A DNA stretch of 64,000 nucleotides from Escherichia coli (GCF_003334815.1 NZ_QOWO01000007.1); one strand, 5' to 3'; positions 35,015 through 48,341 are shown, counted from the stretch's first letter. Notes: a model not told the origin generated them from the letters alone. A program made the numbers and translations.

Positions 35015-36064
35015 GTGGAATTGTTGTCTGAATATGGTTTGTTTTTGGCGAAAATCGTTACCGTTGTGCTAGCGATTGCGGCGATTGCCGCCATTATTGT
35101 CAATGTTGCTCAACGTAATAAACGCCAGCGTGGCGAGTTACGGGTCAACAATCTCAGCGAACAGTATAAGGAGATGAAAGAAGAACTGGCCGCGGCGCTG
35201 ATGGACTCACATCAGCAAAAACAGTGGCACAAAGCGCAGAAGAAAAAGCATAAGCAAGAAGCGAAAGCAGCAAAAGCGAAAGCCAAACTGGGCGAGGTGG
35301 CAACTGACAGTAAACCCCGCGTCTGGGTGCTGGATTTTAAAGGCAGCATGGACGCCCATGAAGTGAACTCGCTACGTGAAGAGATAACGGCTGTACTCGC
35401 AGCATTCAAACCGCAGGATCAGGTTGTGCTCCGTCTGGAAAGCCCTGGTGGCATGGTGCATGGTTACGGGCTGGCGGCTTCGCAACTGCAGCGTCTGCGC
35501 GATAAAAACATTCCTTTAACTGTTACGGTAGACAAAGTCGCTGCCAGCGGCGGTTACATGATGGCCTGTGTGGCGGACAAAATTGTTTCCGCACCGTTTG
35601 CTATTGTGGGTTCCATTGGCGTGGTGGCGCAAATGCCCAACTTTAACCGCTTCCTGAAAAGCAAAGATATTGATATCGAACTGCACACTGCCGGGCAGTA
35701 TAAGCGCACGCTGACGTTGCTGGGTGAAAATACCGAAGAAGGGCGGGAGAAATTCCGCGAAGAGTTGAACGAAACGCATCAGTTGTTTAAAGATTTTGTG
35801 AAGCGTATGCGTCCTTCTCTGGATATTGAACAGGTGGCAACGGGTGAACACTGGTACGGACAACAGGCGGTAGAGAAAGGCCTGGTTGATGAAATCAACA
35901 CCAGTGATGAAGTTATTCTTAGCCTGATGGAAGGCCGTGAAGTGGTCAATGTACGCTATATGCAGCGTAAACGACTCATTGACCGATTCACCGGCAGCGC
36001 GGCAGAGAGCGCCGATCGATTGTTGCTACGCTGGTGGCAGCGGGGTCAAAAGCCATTGATGTAA
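35015..36064 (+). CDS. sohB: S49-family inner membrane peptidase
   Basis: 349 aa MELLSEYGLFLAKIVTVV, GTG start. Confidence 0.9.
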   Translation: MELLSEYGLFLAKIVTVVLAIAAIAAIIVNVAQRNKRQRGELRVNNLSEQYKEMKEELAAALMDSHQQKQWHKAQKKKHKQEAKAAKAKAKLGEVATDSKPRVWVLDFKGSMDAHEVNSLREEITAVLAAFKPQDQVVLRLESPGGMVHGYGLAASQLQRLRDKNIPLTVTVDKVAASGGYMMACVADKIVSAPFAIVGSIGVVAQMPNFNRFLKSKDIDIELHTAGQYKRTLTLLGENTEEGREKFREELNETHQLFKDFVKRMRPSLDIEQVATGEHWYGQQAVEKGLVDEINTSDEVILSLMEGREVVNVRYMQRKRLIDRFTGSAAESADRLLLRWWQRGQKPLM

Positions 36065-36068
36065 AAGA

Positions 36069-36099
36069 CAAACGCGAGGCTAAGACCTCGCGTTTTGCT
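36069..36099 (+). terminator. putative terminator after sohB
   Basis: hairpin acgcgagg-ctaaga-cctcgcgt followed by tttgcttt. Confidence 0.6.
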
Positions 36100-36351
36100 T
36101 TAATCAACCAGATGATATTTTTCTGAAAGCACATGGGCCAGGTGTTTGAACATATTAAACACCGCGGTGCTTTTGGCTGTTGGCAATCCTTGTTCATCTA
36201 AAAAGTAGTCGCCGGTAAATACCAGCACGCCATTACGCTGCGTGACGCCGGTGGCTTCAATCCCTGCGAGCGTATCCTCATGCTCACGAATGATTTTGTT
36301 GGCCTCTTTCAACAGCGTTTCGCGGTCGATGGGTTGTGTCTCTTTGTTCAT
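36100..36351 (-). CDS. yciN: DUF2498 protein
   Basis: 83-aa [29 protein letters not shown]. Confidence 0.85.
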
Positions 36352-36730
36352 TATTTACTCCTTAAACAAGGACATTAGTCTACGCCAGGCATGGCTTGCA
36401 GACAAATATACCACGCTGGTGGCAAGAGCGCCTTACTGGCAACTTTGGATTTTGCATGCTAATAAAGTTGCGTATCGGATTTTATCAGGTACAGTGTGAC
36501 GCTTTCGTCAATCTGGCAATAGATTTGCTTGACATTCGACCAAAATTCCGTCGTGCTATAGCGCCTGTAGGCCAAGACCTGTTAACTCAGTCACCTGAAT
36601 TTTCGTGAACAGAGTCACGACAAGGGGTTGATATCCGCAGAGAGCGAGTCCATATCGGTAACTCGTTGCCAGTGGAAGGTTTATCAACGTGCGACGCATT
36701 CCTGGAAGAATCAAATTAGGTAAGGTGAAT

Positions 36731-39328
36731 ATGGGTAAAGCTCTTGTCATCGTTGAGTCCCCGGCAAAAGCCAAAACGATCAACAAGTATCTGGGTAGTG
36801 ACTACGTGGTGAAATCCAGCGTCGGTCACATCCGCGATTTGCCGACCAGTGGCTCAGCTGCCAAAAAGAGTGCCGACTCTACCTCCACCAAGACGGCTAA
36901 AAAGCCTAAAAAGGATGAACGTGGCGCTCTCGTCAACCGTATGGGGGTTGACCCGTGGCACAATTGGGAGGCGCACTATGAAGTGTTGCCTGGTAAAGAG
37001 AAGGTCGTCTCTGAACTGAAACAACTGGCTGAAAAAGCCGACCACATCTATCTCGCAACCGACCTTGACCGCGAAGGGGAAGCCATTGCATGGCACCTGC
37101 GGGAAGTGATTGGGGGTGATGATGCGCGCTATAGCCGAGTGGTGTTTAACGAAATTACTAAAAACGCGATCCGCCAGGCATTTAACAAACCGGGTGAGCT
37201 GAATATTGATCGTGTTAATGCCCAGCAGGCGCGTCGCTTTATGGACCGCGTGGTGGGGTATATGGTTTCGCCGCTGCTATGGAAAAAGATCGCTCGTGGT
37301 CTGTCTGCCGGTCGTGTGCAGTCGGTGGCGGTTCGCCTGGTGGTCGAGCGTGAGCGTGAAATTAAAGCGTTCGTGCCGGAAGAGTTCTGGGAAGTCGATG
37401 CCAGCACGACCACGCCATCTGGTGAAGCGTTGGCGTTACAGGTGACTCATCAGAACGACAAACCGTTCCGTCCGGTCAACAAAGAACAAACTCAGGCTGC
37501 GGTAAGTCTGCTGGAAAAAGCGCGCTACAGCGTGCTGGAACGTGAAGACAAACCGACAACCAGTAAACCTGGCGCTCCTTTTATTACCTCTACGCTGCAA
37601 CAAGCTGCCAGCACCCGTCTTGGATTTGGCGTGAAAAAAACCATGATGATGGCGCAGCGTTTGTATGAAGCAGGCTATATCACTTACATGCGTACCGACT
37701 CCACTAACCTGAGTCAGGACGCGGTAAATATGGTTCGCGGTTATATCAGCGATAATTTTGGTAAGAAATATCTGCCGGAAAGTCCGAATCAGTACGCCAG
37801 CAAAGAAAACTCACAGGAAGCGCACGAAGCGATTCGTCCTTCTGACGTCAATGTGATGGCGGAATCGCTGAAGGATATGGAAGCAGATGCGCAGAAACTG
37901 TACCAGTTAATCTGGCGTCAGTTCGTTGCCTGCCAGATGACCCCAGCGAAATATGACTCCACGACGCTGACCGTTGGTGCGGGCGATTTCCGCCTGAAAG
38001 CACGCGGTCGTATTTTGCGTTTTGATGGCTGGACAAAAGTGATGCCTGCGTTGCGTAAAGGCGATGAAGATCGCATCTTACCAGCAGTTAATAAAGGCGA
38101 TGCTCTGACGCTCGTTGAACTTACACCAGCCCAGCACTTTACCAAGCCGCCAGCCCGTTTCAGTGAAGCATCGCTGGTTAAAGAGCTGGAAAAACGCGGT
38201 ATCGGTCGTCCGTCTACCTATGCGTCGATCATTTCGACCATTCAGGATCGTGGCTACGTGCGAGTAGAAAATCGTCGTTTCTATGCGGAAAAAATGGGCG
38301 AAATCGTCACCGATCGCCTTGAAGAAAATTTCCGCGAGTTAATGAACTACGACTTTACCGCGCAGATGGAAAACAGCCTCGACCAGGTGGCAAATCACGA
38401 AGCAGAGTGGAAAGCTGTACTGGATCACTTCTTCTCGGATTTCACCCAGCAGTTAGATAAAGCTGAAAAAGATCCGGAAGAGGGTGGTATGCGCCCGAAC
38501 CAGATGGTTCTGACCAGCATTGACTGCCCGACTTGTGGTCGCAAAATGGGGATTCGCACAGCGAGCACCGGGGTATTCCTTGGCTGTTCTGGCTATGCGC
38601 TGCCGCCGAAAGAGCGTTGCAAAACCACCATTAACCTGGTGCCGGAAAACGAAGTGCTGAACGTGCTGGAAGGCGAAGATGCTGAAACCAACGCGCTGCG
38701 CGCAAAACGTCGTTGCCCGAAATGCGGCACGGCGATGGACAGCTATCTCATCGATCCGAAACGTAAGTTGCATGTCTGTGGTAATAACCCAACCTGCGAC
38801 GGTTACGAGATCGAAGAGGGCGAATTCCGCATTAAAGGTTATGACGGCCCGATCGTTGAGTGTGAAAAATGTGGCTCTGAAATGCACCTGAAAATGGGGC
38901 GTTTCGGTAAATACATGGCCTGCACCAACGAAGAGTGTAAAAACACACGTAAGATTTTACGTAACGGCGAAGTGGCACCCCCGAAAGAAGATCCGGTGCC
39001 ATTACCTGAGCTGCCGTGCGAAAAATCAGATGCTTATTTCGTGCTGCGTGACGGTGCTGCCGGTGTGTTCCTGGCTGCCAACACTTTCCCGAAATCGCGT
39101 GAAACGCGTGCGCCACTGGTGGAAGAGCTTTATCGCTTCCGCGACCGTCTGCCGGAAAAACTGCGTTATCTGGCCGATGCGCCACAGCAGGATCCGGAAG
39201 GTAATAAGACCATGGTTCGCTTTAGCCGTAAAACCAAACAGCAATATGTCTCTTCGGAAAAAGACGGAAAGGCGACTGGCTGGTCAGCATTTTATGTTGA
39301 TGGCAAATGGGTTGAAGGAAAAAAATAA
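36731..39328 (+). CDS. topA: DNA topoisomerase I
   Basis: 865 aa from [22 protein letters not shown] (Toprim); C-terminal zinc ribbons. Confidence 0.97.
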   Translation: MGKALVIVESPAKAKTINKYLGSDYVVKSSVGHIRDLPTSGSAAKKSADSTSTKTAKKPKKDERGALVNRMGVDPWHNWEAHYEVLPGKEKVVSELKQLAEKADHIYLATDLDREGEAIAWHLREVIGGDDARYSRVVFNEITKNAIRQAFNKPGELNIDRVNAQQARRFMDRVVGYMVSPLLWKKIARGLSAGRVQSVAVRLVVEREREIKAFVPEEFWEVDASTTTPSGEALALQVTHQNDKPFRPVNKEQTQAAVSLLEKARYSVLEREDKPTTSKPGAPFITSTLQQAASTRLGFGVKKTMMMAQRLYEAGYITYMRTDSTNLSQDAVNMVRGYISDNFGKKYLPESPNQYASKENSQEAHEAIRPSDVNVMAESLKDMEADAQKLYQLIWRQFVACQMTPAKYDSTTLTVGAGDFRLKARGRILRFDGWTKVMPALRKGDEDRILPAVNKGDALTLVELTPAQHFTKPPARFSEASLVKELEKRGIGRPSTYASIISTIQDRGYVRVENRRFYAEKMGEIVTDRLEENFRELMNYDFTAQMENSLDQVANHEAEWKAVLDHFFSDFTQQLDKAEKDPEEGGMRPNQMVLTSIDCPTCGRKMGIRTASTGVFLGCSGYALPPKERCKTTINLVPENEVLNVLEGEDAETNALRAKRRCPKCGTAMDSYLIDPKRKLHVCGNNPTCDGYEIEEGEFRIKGYDGPIVECEKCGSEMHLKMGRFGKYMACTNEECKNTRKILRNGEVAPPKEDPVPLPELPCEKSDAYFVLRDGAAGVFLAANTFPKSRETRAPLVEELYRFRDRLPEKLRYLADAPQQDPEGNKTMVRFSRKTKQQYVSSEKDGKATGWSAFYVDGKWVEGKK

Positions 39329-39357
39329 CCTTTAATTCTGTCAGGTTTTTATAAACA

Positions 39358-39386
39358 AAGGGTCGCGAAAGCGGCCCTTTTTTATT
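39358..39386 (+). terminator. topA intrinsic terminator
   Basis: gggtcgcgaaagcggccc followed by ttttttatt. Confidence 0.75.
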
Positions 39387-39513
39387 GCATATTATTTTTT
39401 CTTCACACCTATACACTAAGGCTATAAATGATATAGTGGTTATAGTTAGCACCTTTTTTATTATTAAATCGTATTAGTCACCCGCCAGGTGTGACGAAAA
39501 AACGATGTTCTGA

Positions 39514-40512
<999 letters not shown>

Positions 40513-40528
40513 TTTCTTGCGTTATTTT

Positions 40529-40575
40529 CGGCACCTTTTATGTAGCGAAGGTGCCGGAATATATTCTCTTTTGTT
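40529..40575 (+). terminator. putative cysB terminator
   Basis: cggcacctt...aaggtgccg hairpin then T-rich tract. Confidence 0.55.
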
Positions 40576-40830
40576 ACTTATTTCTATACCGTGCACAATA
40601 TTTTTATCCCTCATATTTATAGGGTAAATTACCTGTAAAGTAGTGTCTAATTACCCGCCTCGCAAACTCCAGTTTTCAAATATCTATTTCAGGTCAAAAG
40701 ATTGAATTATTCACTGGAGACGATTCGTAAATTCGCTGGATTTTTGACTAAAGTTTCTTTAGGATTTGTCTCATCGTATGATTAATTACACCAATCGTTC
40801 AACGTCTTGCTGATAAGTGATGGCGATTAT

Positions 40831-40971
40831 ATGAGGTTAGCAATGCCTTCTGGAAATCAGGAACCCCGCCGCGATCCTGAATTAAAACGTAAAGCCTGGC
40901 TGGCGGTTTTTCTTGGTTCTGCACTTTTCTGGGTGGTTGTCGCACTGCTGATTTGGAAAGTGTGGGGATAA
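40831..40971 (+). CDS. ymiA: small single-TM protein
   Basis: 46-codon ORF MRLAMPSGNQEPRRDPELKRKAWLAVFLGSALFWVVVALLIWKVWG; name from memory, unverified. Confidence 0.55.
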   Translation: MRLAMPSGNQEPRRDPELKRKAWLAVFLGSALFWVVVALLIWKVWG

Positions 40972-40973
40972 CT

Positions 40974-41141
40974 ATGGTCGGTCAGGAGCAACTGGAGTCG
41001 TCACCATTATGCCAGCATAGTGACAATGAAACAGAAACGAAACGGGAATGTTCCGTCGTTATTCCAGACGACTGGCAACTAACATCGCAGCAGCAAGCCT
41101 TTATAGAACTGTTTGCTGAAGATGATCAGCCGAAACAATAA
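40974..41141 (+). CDS. yciX: small acidic protein of unknown function
   Basis: 55-codon ORF MVGQEQLESSPLCQHSDNETETKRE... starting 2 nt after ymiA stop; name from memory, unverified. Confidence 0.55.
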   Translation: MVGQEQLESSPLCQHSDNETETKRECSVVIPDDWQLTSQQQAFIELFAEDDQPKQ

Positions 41142-41513
41142 TTATCATCATTCTTATTACCCATTTTTAATGAATTAAAGGGCTTTTAATACACCGCAGC
41201 AATAACAGCTTGAGTTATCTCAACACAAAATAATAACCGTTAAGGGTGTAGCCTATGATCAACACAAATATGAAATATTGGTCCTGGATGGGCGCGTTTT
41301 CTCTGTCGATGCTCTTCTGGGCCGAACTCCTCTGGATCATTACTCACTGATCCTTGACCCCGCTGCGGCGGGGTTGTCATTTGCTTTGCCACAAGGTTTC
41401 TCCTCTTTTATCAATTTGGGTTGTTATCAAATCGTTACGCGATGTTTGTGTTATCTTTAATATTCACCCTGAAGAGAATCAGGGCTTCGCAACCCTGTCA
41501 TTAAGGAGGAGCT

Positions 41514-44189
41514 ATGTCGTCAACCCTACGAGAAGCCAGTAAGGACACGTTGCAGGCCAAAGATAAAACTTACCACTACTACAGCCTGCCGCTTGCTGCT
41601 AAATCACTGGGCGATATCACCCGTCTACCCAAGTCACTCAAAGTTTTGCTCGAAAACCTGCTGCGCTGGCAGGATGGTAACTCGGTTACCGAAGAGGATA
41701 TCCACGCGCTGGCAGGATGGCTGAAAAATGCCCATGCTGACCGTGAAATTGCCTACCGCCCGGCAAGGGTGCTGATGCAGGACTTTACCGGCGTACCTGC
41801 CGTTGTTGATCTGGCGGCAATGCGCGAAGCGGTTAAACGCCTCGGCGGCGATACTGCAAAGGTTAACCCGCTCTCACCGGTCGACCTGGTCATTGACCAC
41901 TCGGTGACCGTCGATCGTTTTGGTGATGATGAGGCATTTGAAGAAAACGTACGCCTGGAAATGGAGCGCAACCACGAACGTTATGTGTTCCTGAAATGGG
42001 GAAAGCAAGCGTTCAGTCGGTTTAGCGTCGTGCCGCCAGGCACAGGCATTTGCCATCAGGTTAACCTCGAATATCTCGGCAAAGCAGTGTGGAGTGAATT
42101 GCAGGACGGTGAATGGATTGCTTATCCGGATACACTCGTTGGTACTGACTCGCACACCACCATGATCAACGGCCTTGGCGTGCTGGGGTGGGGCGTTGGT
42201 GGGATCGAAGCAGAAGCCGCAATGTTAGGCCAGCCGGTTTCCATGCTTATCCCGGATGTAGTGGGCTTCAAACTTACCGGAAAATTACGTGAAGGTATTA
42301 CCGCCACAGACCTGGTTCTCACTGTTACCCAAATGCTGCGCAAACATGGCGTGGTGGGGAAATTCGTCGAATTTTATGGTGATGGTCTGGATTCACTACC
42401 GTTGGCGGATCGCGCCACCATTGCCAATATGTCGCCAGAATATGGTGCCACCTGTGGCTTCTTCCCAATCGATGCTGTAACCCTCGATTACATGCGTTTA
42501 AGCGGGCGCAGCGAAGATCAGGTCGAGTTGGTCGAAAAATATGCCAAAGCGCAGGGCATGTGGCGTAACCCGGGCGATGAACCAATTTTTACCAGTACGT
42601 TAGAACTGGATATGAATGACGTTGAAGCGAGCCTGGCAGGGCCTAAACGCCCACAGGATCGCGTTGCACTGCCCGATGTACCAAAAGCATTTGCCGCCAG
42701 TAACGAACTGGAAGTGAATGCCACGCATAAAGATCGCCAGCCGGTCGATTATGTTATGAACGGACATCAGTATCAGTTACCTGATGGCGCTGTGGTCATT
42801 GCTGCGATAACCTCGTGCACCAACACCTCTAACCCAAGTGTGCTGATGGCCGCAGGCTTGCTGGCGAAAAAAGCCGTAACTCTGGGCCTCAAGCGGCAAC
42901 CATGGGTCAAAGCGTCGCTGGCACCGGGTTCGAAAGTCGTTTCTGATTATCTGGCAAAAGCGAAACTGACACCGTATCTCGACGAACTGGGGTTTAACCT
43001 TGTGGGATACGGTTGTACCACCTGTATTGGTAACTCTGGGCCGCTGCCCGATCCTATCGAAACGGCAATCAAAAAAGGCGATTTAACCGTCGGTGCGGTG
43101 CTGTCCGGCAACCGTAACTTTGAAGGCCGTATCCATCCGCTGGTTAAAACTAACTGGCTGGCCTCGCCGCCGCTGGTGGTTGCCTATGCGCTGGCGGGAA
43201 ATATGAATATCAACCTGGCTTCTGAGCCTATCGGCCATGATCGCAAAGGCGATCCGGTTTATCTGAAAGATATCTGGCCATCGGCACAAGAAATTGCCCG
43301 TGCGGTAGAACAAGTCTCCACAGAAATGTTCCGCAAAGAGTACGCAGAAGTTTTTGAAGGCACAGCAGAGTGGAAGGGAATTAACGTCACACGATCCGAT
43401 ACCTACGGTTGGCAGGAGGACTCAACCTATATTCGCTTATCGCCTTTCTTTGATGAAATGCAGGCAACACCAGCACCAGTGGAAGATATTCACGGTGCGC
43501 GGATCCTCGCAATGCTGGGGGATTCAGTCACCACTGACCATATCTCTCCGGCGGGCAGTATTAAGCCCGACAGCCCAGCGGGTCGATATCTACAAGGTCG
43601 GGGTGTTGAGCGAAAAGACTTTAACTCCTACGGTTCGCGGCGTGGTAACCATGAAGTGATGATGCGCGGCACCTTCGCCAATATTCGCATCCGTAATGAA
43701 ATGGTGCCTGGCGTTGAAGGGGGGATGACGCGGCATTTACCTGACAGCGACGTAGTCTCTATTTATGATGCTGCGATGCGCTATAAGCAGGAGCAAACGC
43801 CGCTGGCGGTGATTGCCGGGAAAGAGTATGGATCAGGCTCCAGTCGTGACTGGGCGGCAAAAGGTCCGCGTCTGCTTGGTATTCGTGTGGTGATTGCCGA
43901 ATCGTTTGAACGAATTCACCGTTCGAATTTAATTGGCATGGGCATCCTGCCGCTGGAATTTCCGCAAGGCGTAACGCGTAAAACGTTAGGGCTAACCGGG
44001 GAAGAGAAGATTGATATTGGCGATCTGCAAAACCTACAACCCGGCGCGACGGTTCCGGTGACGCTTACGCGCGCGGATGGTAGCCAGGAAGTCGTACCCT
44101 GCCGTTGTCGTATCGACACCGCGACGGAGTTGACCTACTACCAGAACGACGGCATTTTGCATTATGTCATTCGTAATATGTTGAAGTAA
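41514..44189 (+). CDS. acnA: aconitate hydratase A
   Basis: 891 aa [48 protein letters not shown]. Confidence 0.97.
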   Translation: MSSTLREASKDTLQAKDKTYHYYSLPLAAKSLGDITRLPKSLKVLLENLLRWQDGNSVTEEDIHALAGWLKNAHADREIAYRPARVLMQDFTGVPAVVDLAAMREAVKRLGGDTAKVNPLSPVDLVIDHSVTVDRFGDDEAFEENVRLEMERNHERYVFLKWGKQAFSRFSVVPPGTGICHQVNLEYLGKAVWSELQDGEWIAYPDTLVGTDSHTTMINGLGVLGWGVGGIEAEAAMLGQPVSMLIPDVVGFKLTGKLREGITATDLVLTVTQMLRKHGVVGKFVEFYGDGLDSLPLADRATIANMSPEYGATCGFFPIDAVTLDYMRLSGRSEDQVELVEKYAKAQGMWRNPGDEPIFTSTLELDMNDVEASLAGPKRPQDRVALPDVPKAFAASNELEVNATHKDRQPVDYVMNGHQYQLPDGAVVIAAITSCTNTSNPSVLMAAGLLAKKAVTLGLKRQPWVKASLAPGSKVVSDYLAKAKLTPYLDELGFNLVGYGCTTCIGNSGPLPDPIETAIKKGDLTVGAVLSGNRNFEGRIHPLVKTNWLASPPLVVAYALAGNMNINLASEPIGHDRKGDPVYLKDIWPSAQEIARAVEQVSTEMFRKEYAEVFEGTAEWKGINVTRSDTYGWQEDSTYIRLSPFFDEMQATPAPVEDIHGARILAMLGDSVTTDHISPAGSIKPDSPAGRYLQGRGVERKDFNSYGSRRGNHEVMMRGTFANIRIRNEMVPGVEGGMTRHLPDSDVVSIYDAAMRYKQEQTPLAVIAGKEYGSGSSRDWAAKGPRLLGIRVVIAESFERIHRSNLIGMGILPLEFPQGVTRKTLGLTGEEKIDIGDLQNLQPGATVPVTLTRADGSQEVVPCRCRIDTATELTYYQNDGILHYVIRNMLK

Positions 44190-44195
44190 CAACTA

Positions 44196-44232
44196 TTTGC
44201 TTGCCGGTTATTTTGCTTCCGGCAAGCAAATG
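44196..44232. terminator. hairpin terminator between acnA and ribA
   Basis: ttgcttgccgg-ttattttgc-ttccggcaagcaa. Confidence 0.65.
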
Positions 44233-44252
44233 AATTACACAATGCAAGAGGG

Positions 44253-44843
44253 TTATTTGTTCAGCAAATGGCCCATTTTCTCGGCTTTGGTATCGAGATA
44301 ATGTTCGTTATTGGGGTTACGACCTACAATCAATGGTACGCGTTCAACAATATTAATCCCTGCTTCGGTCAGAATTTCGACTTTTTTCGGGTTATTGGTT
44401 AACAAGCGGACTTCATTGACGCCAAGGAGTTTGAACATATCAGCGCAAAGAGTGAAGTCGCGCTCATCAGCGGCGAAGCCTAACTGGTGGTTAGCCTCTA
44501 CGGTATCGTAACCTTGATCCTGCAGTGCGTAAGCGCGGATTTTATTCAGCAGACCAATGTTACGACCTTCCTGACGGTGATACAGCAAAATACCACGGCC
44601 TTCCTCGGCAATTTGCGTCAATGCCGCTTCGAGCTGGAAGCCACAATCGCAGCGCAAGCTGAACAGGGCGTCACCGGTCAGACATTCGGAATGGACGCGC
44701 GCAAGTACCGGGGTATGCCCGGAAATATCGCCATAGACTAGCGCGACATGATCGTGTCCGGTTGCCAGTTCTTCAAATCCCACCATCAGGAAATCGCCCC
44801 ATGGGGTTGGCAGTTTGGCTTCTGCCACACGTTTAAGCTGCAT
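44253..44843 (-). CDS. ribA: GTP cyclohydrolase II
   Basis: 196 aa from [18 protein letters not shown] within a longer ORF. Confidence 0.93.
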
Positions 44844-45012
44844 GAAATTCTCCAGATAATGCTGGTTCTGTATTGGCTTATTTTGCCATAACGAGAAGGG
44901 GTTCACCTAATCACGACGCGTCGATCGTTCACGGAATGGCACAAATCTGTCAATTTTTCCTGGAACTGGCGTTTTCAGTTATGATTGTGGGACTTATCAA
45001 AAAGGAGAGGCC

Positions 45013-45777
45013 ATGCGTTCGATTGCCAGACGTACCGCAGTGGGAGCTGCACTATTGCTTGTCATGCCAGTAGCCGTATGGATTTCTGGCTGGCGTTGGC
45101 AACCTGGAGAACAAAGTTGGCTACTAAAAGCGGCTTTTTGGGTTACTGAAACTGTCACCCAGCCCTGGGGCGTCATTACACATTTGATTTTATTCGGCTG
45201 GTTTCTCTGGTGTCTGCGTTTTCGCATTAAGGCTGCCTTTGTATTATTTGCCATTCTGGCGGCCGCAATCCTTGTGGGACAAGGCGTTAAATCCTGGATC
45301 AAAGACAAAGTCCAGGAACCACGACCTTTTGTTATCTGGCTGGAAAAAACACATCATATTCCGGTTGATGAGTTCTACACTTTAAAGCGAGCAGAACGCG
45401 GAAATCTAGTGAAAGAACAGTTGGCTGAAGAGAAAAATATCCCACAATATTTGCGTTCACACTGGCAGAAAGAGACGGGGTTTGCCTTTCCTTCCGGTCA
45501 CACGATGTTTGCTGCCAGTTGGGCACTGCTGGCCGTTGGTTTGCTGTGGCCGCGTCGGCGAACGTTAACCATTGCTATCTTGCTGGTCTGGGCAACGGGA
45601 GTCATGGGAAGCCGCCTGCTGCTCGGGATGCATTGGCCACGCGATCTGGTAGTAGCTACGTTGATTTCGTGGGCGCTGGTGGCGGTGGCAACGTGGCTTG
45701 CGCAACGAATTTGTGGGCCATTAACACCACCTGCGGAAGAAAATCGCGAAATAGCGCAACGAGAACAAGAAAGTTAA
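45013..45777 (+). CDS. pgpB: phosphatidylglycerophosphatase B (PAP2 family)
   Basis: 254 aa; PAP2 motifs PSGH and SRLLLGMHWPRD. Confidence 0.93.
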   Translation: MRSIARRTAVGAALLLVMPVAVWISGWRWQPGEQSWLLKAAFWVTETVTQPWGVITHLILFGWFLWCLRFRIKAAFVLFAILAAAILVGQGVKSWIKDKVQEPRPFVIWLEKTHHIPVDEFYTLKRAERGNLVKEQLAEEKNIPQYLRSHWQKETGFAFPSGHTMFAASWALLAVGLLWPRRRTLTIAILLVWATGVMGSRLLLGMHWPRDLVVATLISWALVAVATWLAQRICGPLTPPAEENREIAQREQES

Positions 45778-45925
45778 CGCTGGTTGATTTTCCGAATTTA
45801 GCCCTTAAATCATCAACAATGCGTGTGGATGCCATTTCGCAGACGGCGCGAAAATGGTACTTTAAAGGGCTATTGCGGTAAGTTGACCATAATTTATTCG
45901 CTCTAACCACATAACGGGAAGTAAT

Positions 45926-46234
45926 GTGAAATATTTACTCATTTTCTTACTGGTGTTAGCGATCTTCGTGATTTCGGTCACGTTGGGTGCGCAGAACGAT
46001 CAACAGGTGACGTTTAATTATCTGTTAGCGCAAGGGGAGTACCGTATTTCCACATTGCTGGCGGTATTGTTTGCTGCGGGGTTTGCTATCGGTTGGTTGA
46101 TTTGTGGCCTGTTCTGGCTGCGAGTTCGTGTTTCCCTGGCGCGCGCTGAACGTAAAATAAAGCGACTGGAAAACCAGCTTTCACCCGCGACTGACGTGGC
46201 TGTAGTGCCGCACTCGTCAGCGGCGAAGGAATAA
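45926..46234 (+). CDS. lapA: LPS assembly protein A
   Basis: 102-aa two-TM ORF; formerly yciS. Confidence 0.88.
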   Translation: MKYLLIFLLVLAIFVISVTLGAQNDQQVTFNYLLAQGEYRISTLLAVLFAAGFAIGWLICGLFWLRVRVSLARAERKIKRLENQLSPATDVAVVPHSSAAKE

Positions 46235-46240
46235 CTTTCT

Positions 46241-47410
46241 ATGCTGGAGTTGTTGTTTCTGCTTTTGCCTGTAGCCGCTGCCTATGGCTGGTATATGGGC
46301 CGCAGAAGTGCGCAACAAAACAAGCAAGATGAAGCCAACCGCTTGTCGCGTGATTACGTAGCGGGGGTTAACTTCCTGCTTAGTAATCAACAGGATAAAG
46401 CGGTAGACCTGTTTCTCGATATGCTTAAAGAGGATACAGGCACCGTTGAAGCCCACCTTACGCTCGGAAACCTGTTCCGTTCGCGTGGCGAAGTTGATCG
46501 CGCTATTCGCATCCATCAGACCCTAATGGAAAGCGCCTCGCTGACCTATGAACAGCGTCTGTTGGCGATTCAACAACTGGGGCGTGATTACATGGCCGCC
46601 GGGTTATATGACCGCGCGGAAGACATGTTCAATCAGCTGACCGATGAAACTGACTTCCGCATTGGCGCGCTGCAACAGTTGCTACAAATCTACCAGGCTA
46701 CCAGTGAGTGGCAGAAAGCAATTGATGTTGCCGAACGCCTGGTGAAGCTGGGTAAAGATAAACAGCGCGTCGAAATTGCCCATTTCTACTGTGAGTTAGC
46801 CCTGCAGCATATGGCCAGCGACGATCTCGATCGTGCCATGACCTTGCTAAAAAAAGGGGCGGCGGCAGATAAAAACAGCGCCCGCGTATCCATAATGATG
46901 GGACGCGTGTTTATGGCGAAAGGAGAATACGCCAAAGCCGTCGAAAGTCTGCAACGCGTGATATCCCAGGACAGAGAACTGGTCAGCGAAACGCTGGAAA
47001 TGTTGCAAACCTGCTATCAGCAGTTGGGTAAAACTGCCGAATGGGCAGAATTCCTGCAGCGTGCGGTGGAAGAGAACACCGGTGCCGATGCTGAATTGAT
47101 GCTTGCTGATATCATCGAAGCGCGCGACGGTAGTGAGGCCGCACAGGTCTATATTACGCGCCAGCTTCAGCGTCATCCGACCATGCGTGTGTTCCATAAG
47201 TTAATGGATTACCACTTAAATGAAGCGGAAGAAGGGCGTGCCAAAGAGAGCCTGATGGTGCTGCGTGACATGGTTGGCGAGAAGGTACGTAGTAAGCCTC
47301 GTTATCGTTGCCAGAAATGTGGTTTTACCGCATACACCCTCTACTGGCATTGTCCGTCTTGTCGGGCCTGGTCAACCATTAAACCGATTCGCGGTCTTGA
47401 TGGCCTGTAA
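46241..47410 (+). CDS. lapB: LPS assembly protein B (TPR / rubredoxin-like)
   Basis: 389 aa; C-terminal CxxC...CxxC; formerly yciM. Confidence 0.92.
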   Translation: MLELLFLLLPVAAAYGWYMGRRSAQQNKQDEANRLSRDYVAGVNFLLSNQQDKAVDLFLDMLKEDTGTVEAHLTLGNLFRSRGEVDRAIRIHQTLMESASLTYEQRLLAIQQLGRDYMAAGLYDRAEDMFNQLTDETDFRIGALQQLLQIYQATSEWQKAIDVAERLVKLGKDKQRVEIAHFYCELALQHMASDDLDRAMTLLKKGAAADKNSARVSIMMGRVFMAKGEYAKAVESLQRVISQDRELVSETLEMLQTCYQQLGKTAEWAEFLQRAVEENTGADAELMLADIIEARDGSEAAQVYITRQLQRHPTMRVFHKLMDYHLNEAEEGRAKESLMVLRDMVGEKVRSKPRYRCQKCGFTAYTLYWHCPSCRAWSTIKPIRGLDGL

Positions 47411-47603
47411 TTTTTAAAAAAAATCCGACTTTAGTTACAACATACTAATTATTAATGTTCCATTGTGCTCCGGCAACGACGGCGCAGAAAAAGCCTGCCA
47501 GGGGAGAAATCGCAACTGTTAATTTTTTATTTCCACGGGTAGAATGCTCGCCGTTTACCTGTTTCGCGCCACTTCCGGTGCCCATCATCAAGAAGGTCTG
47601 GTC

Positions 47604-48341
47604 ATGACGTTAACTGCTTCATCTTCTTCCCGCGCTGTTACGAATTCTCCTGTGGTTGTTGCCCTTGATTATCATAATCGTGATGACGCGCTGGCCTTTG
47701 TCGACAAGATCGACCCACGCGATTGTCGTCTGAAGGTCGGCAAAGAGATGTTTACATTGTTTGGGCCACAGTTTGTGCGCGAACTTCAACAGCGTGGTTT
47801 TGATATCTTTCTTGACCTGAAATTCCACGATATCCCCAACACTGCAGCGCACGCTGTCGCTGCTGCAGCTGACTTAGGCGTGTGGATGGTGAATGTTCAT
47901 GCCTCTGGTGGGGCGCGTATGATGACCGCAGCGCGTGAGGCACTGGTTCCGTTTGGCAAAGATGCACCGCTTTTGATTGCTGTGACAGTGTTGACCAGCA
48001 TGGAAGCCAGCGACCTGGTCGATCTTGGCATGACACTGTCACCTGCAGATTATGCAGAACGTCTGGCGGCACTGACGCAAAAATGTGGCCTTGATGGTGT
48101 GGTGTGTTCTGCTCAGGAAGCTGTGCGCTTTAAACAGGTATTCGGTCAGGAGTTCAAACTGGTTACGCCGGGCATTCGTCCGCAGGGGAGTGAAGCTGGT
48201 GACCAGCGCCGCATTATGACGCCAGAACAGGCGTTGTCGGCTGGTGTTGATTATATGGTGATTGGTCGCCCGGTAACGCAATCGGTAGATCCAGCGCAGA
48301 CGCTGAAAGCGATCAACGCCTCTTTACAGCGGAGTGCATGA
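47604..48341 (+). CDS. pyrF: orotidine-5'-phosphate decarboxylase
   Basis: 245 aa from [29 protein letters not shown]. Confidence 0.95.
   Translation: MTLTASSSSRAVTNSPVVVALDYHNRDDALAFVDKIDPRDCRLKVGKEMFTLFGPQFVRELQQRGFDIFLDLKFHDIPNTAAHAVAAAADLGVWMVNVHASGGARMMTAAREALVPFGKDAPLLIAVTVLTSMEASDLVDLGMTLSPADYAERLAALTQKCGLDGVVCSAQEAVRFKQVFGQEFKLVTPGIRPQGSEAGDQRRIMTPEQALSAGVDYMVIGRPVTQSVDPAQTLKAINASLQRSA

Noticed and set aside
36396-36608. 70-codon ORF in the yciN-topA spacer
   Set aside because: It falls in the multi-promoter region of topA, has no convincing ribosome-binding site and a low-complexity product; probably non-coding.
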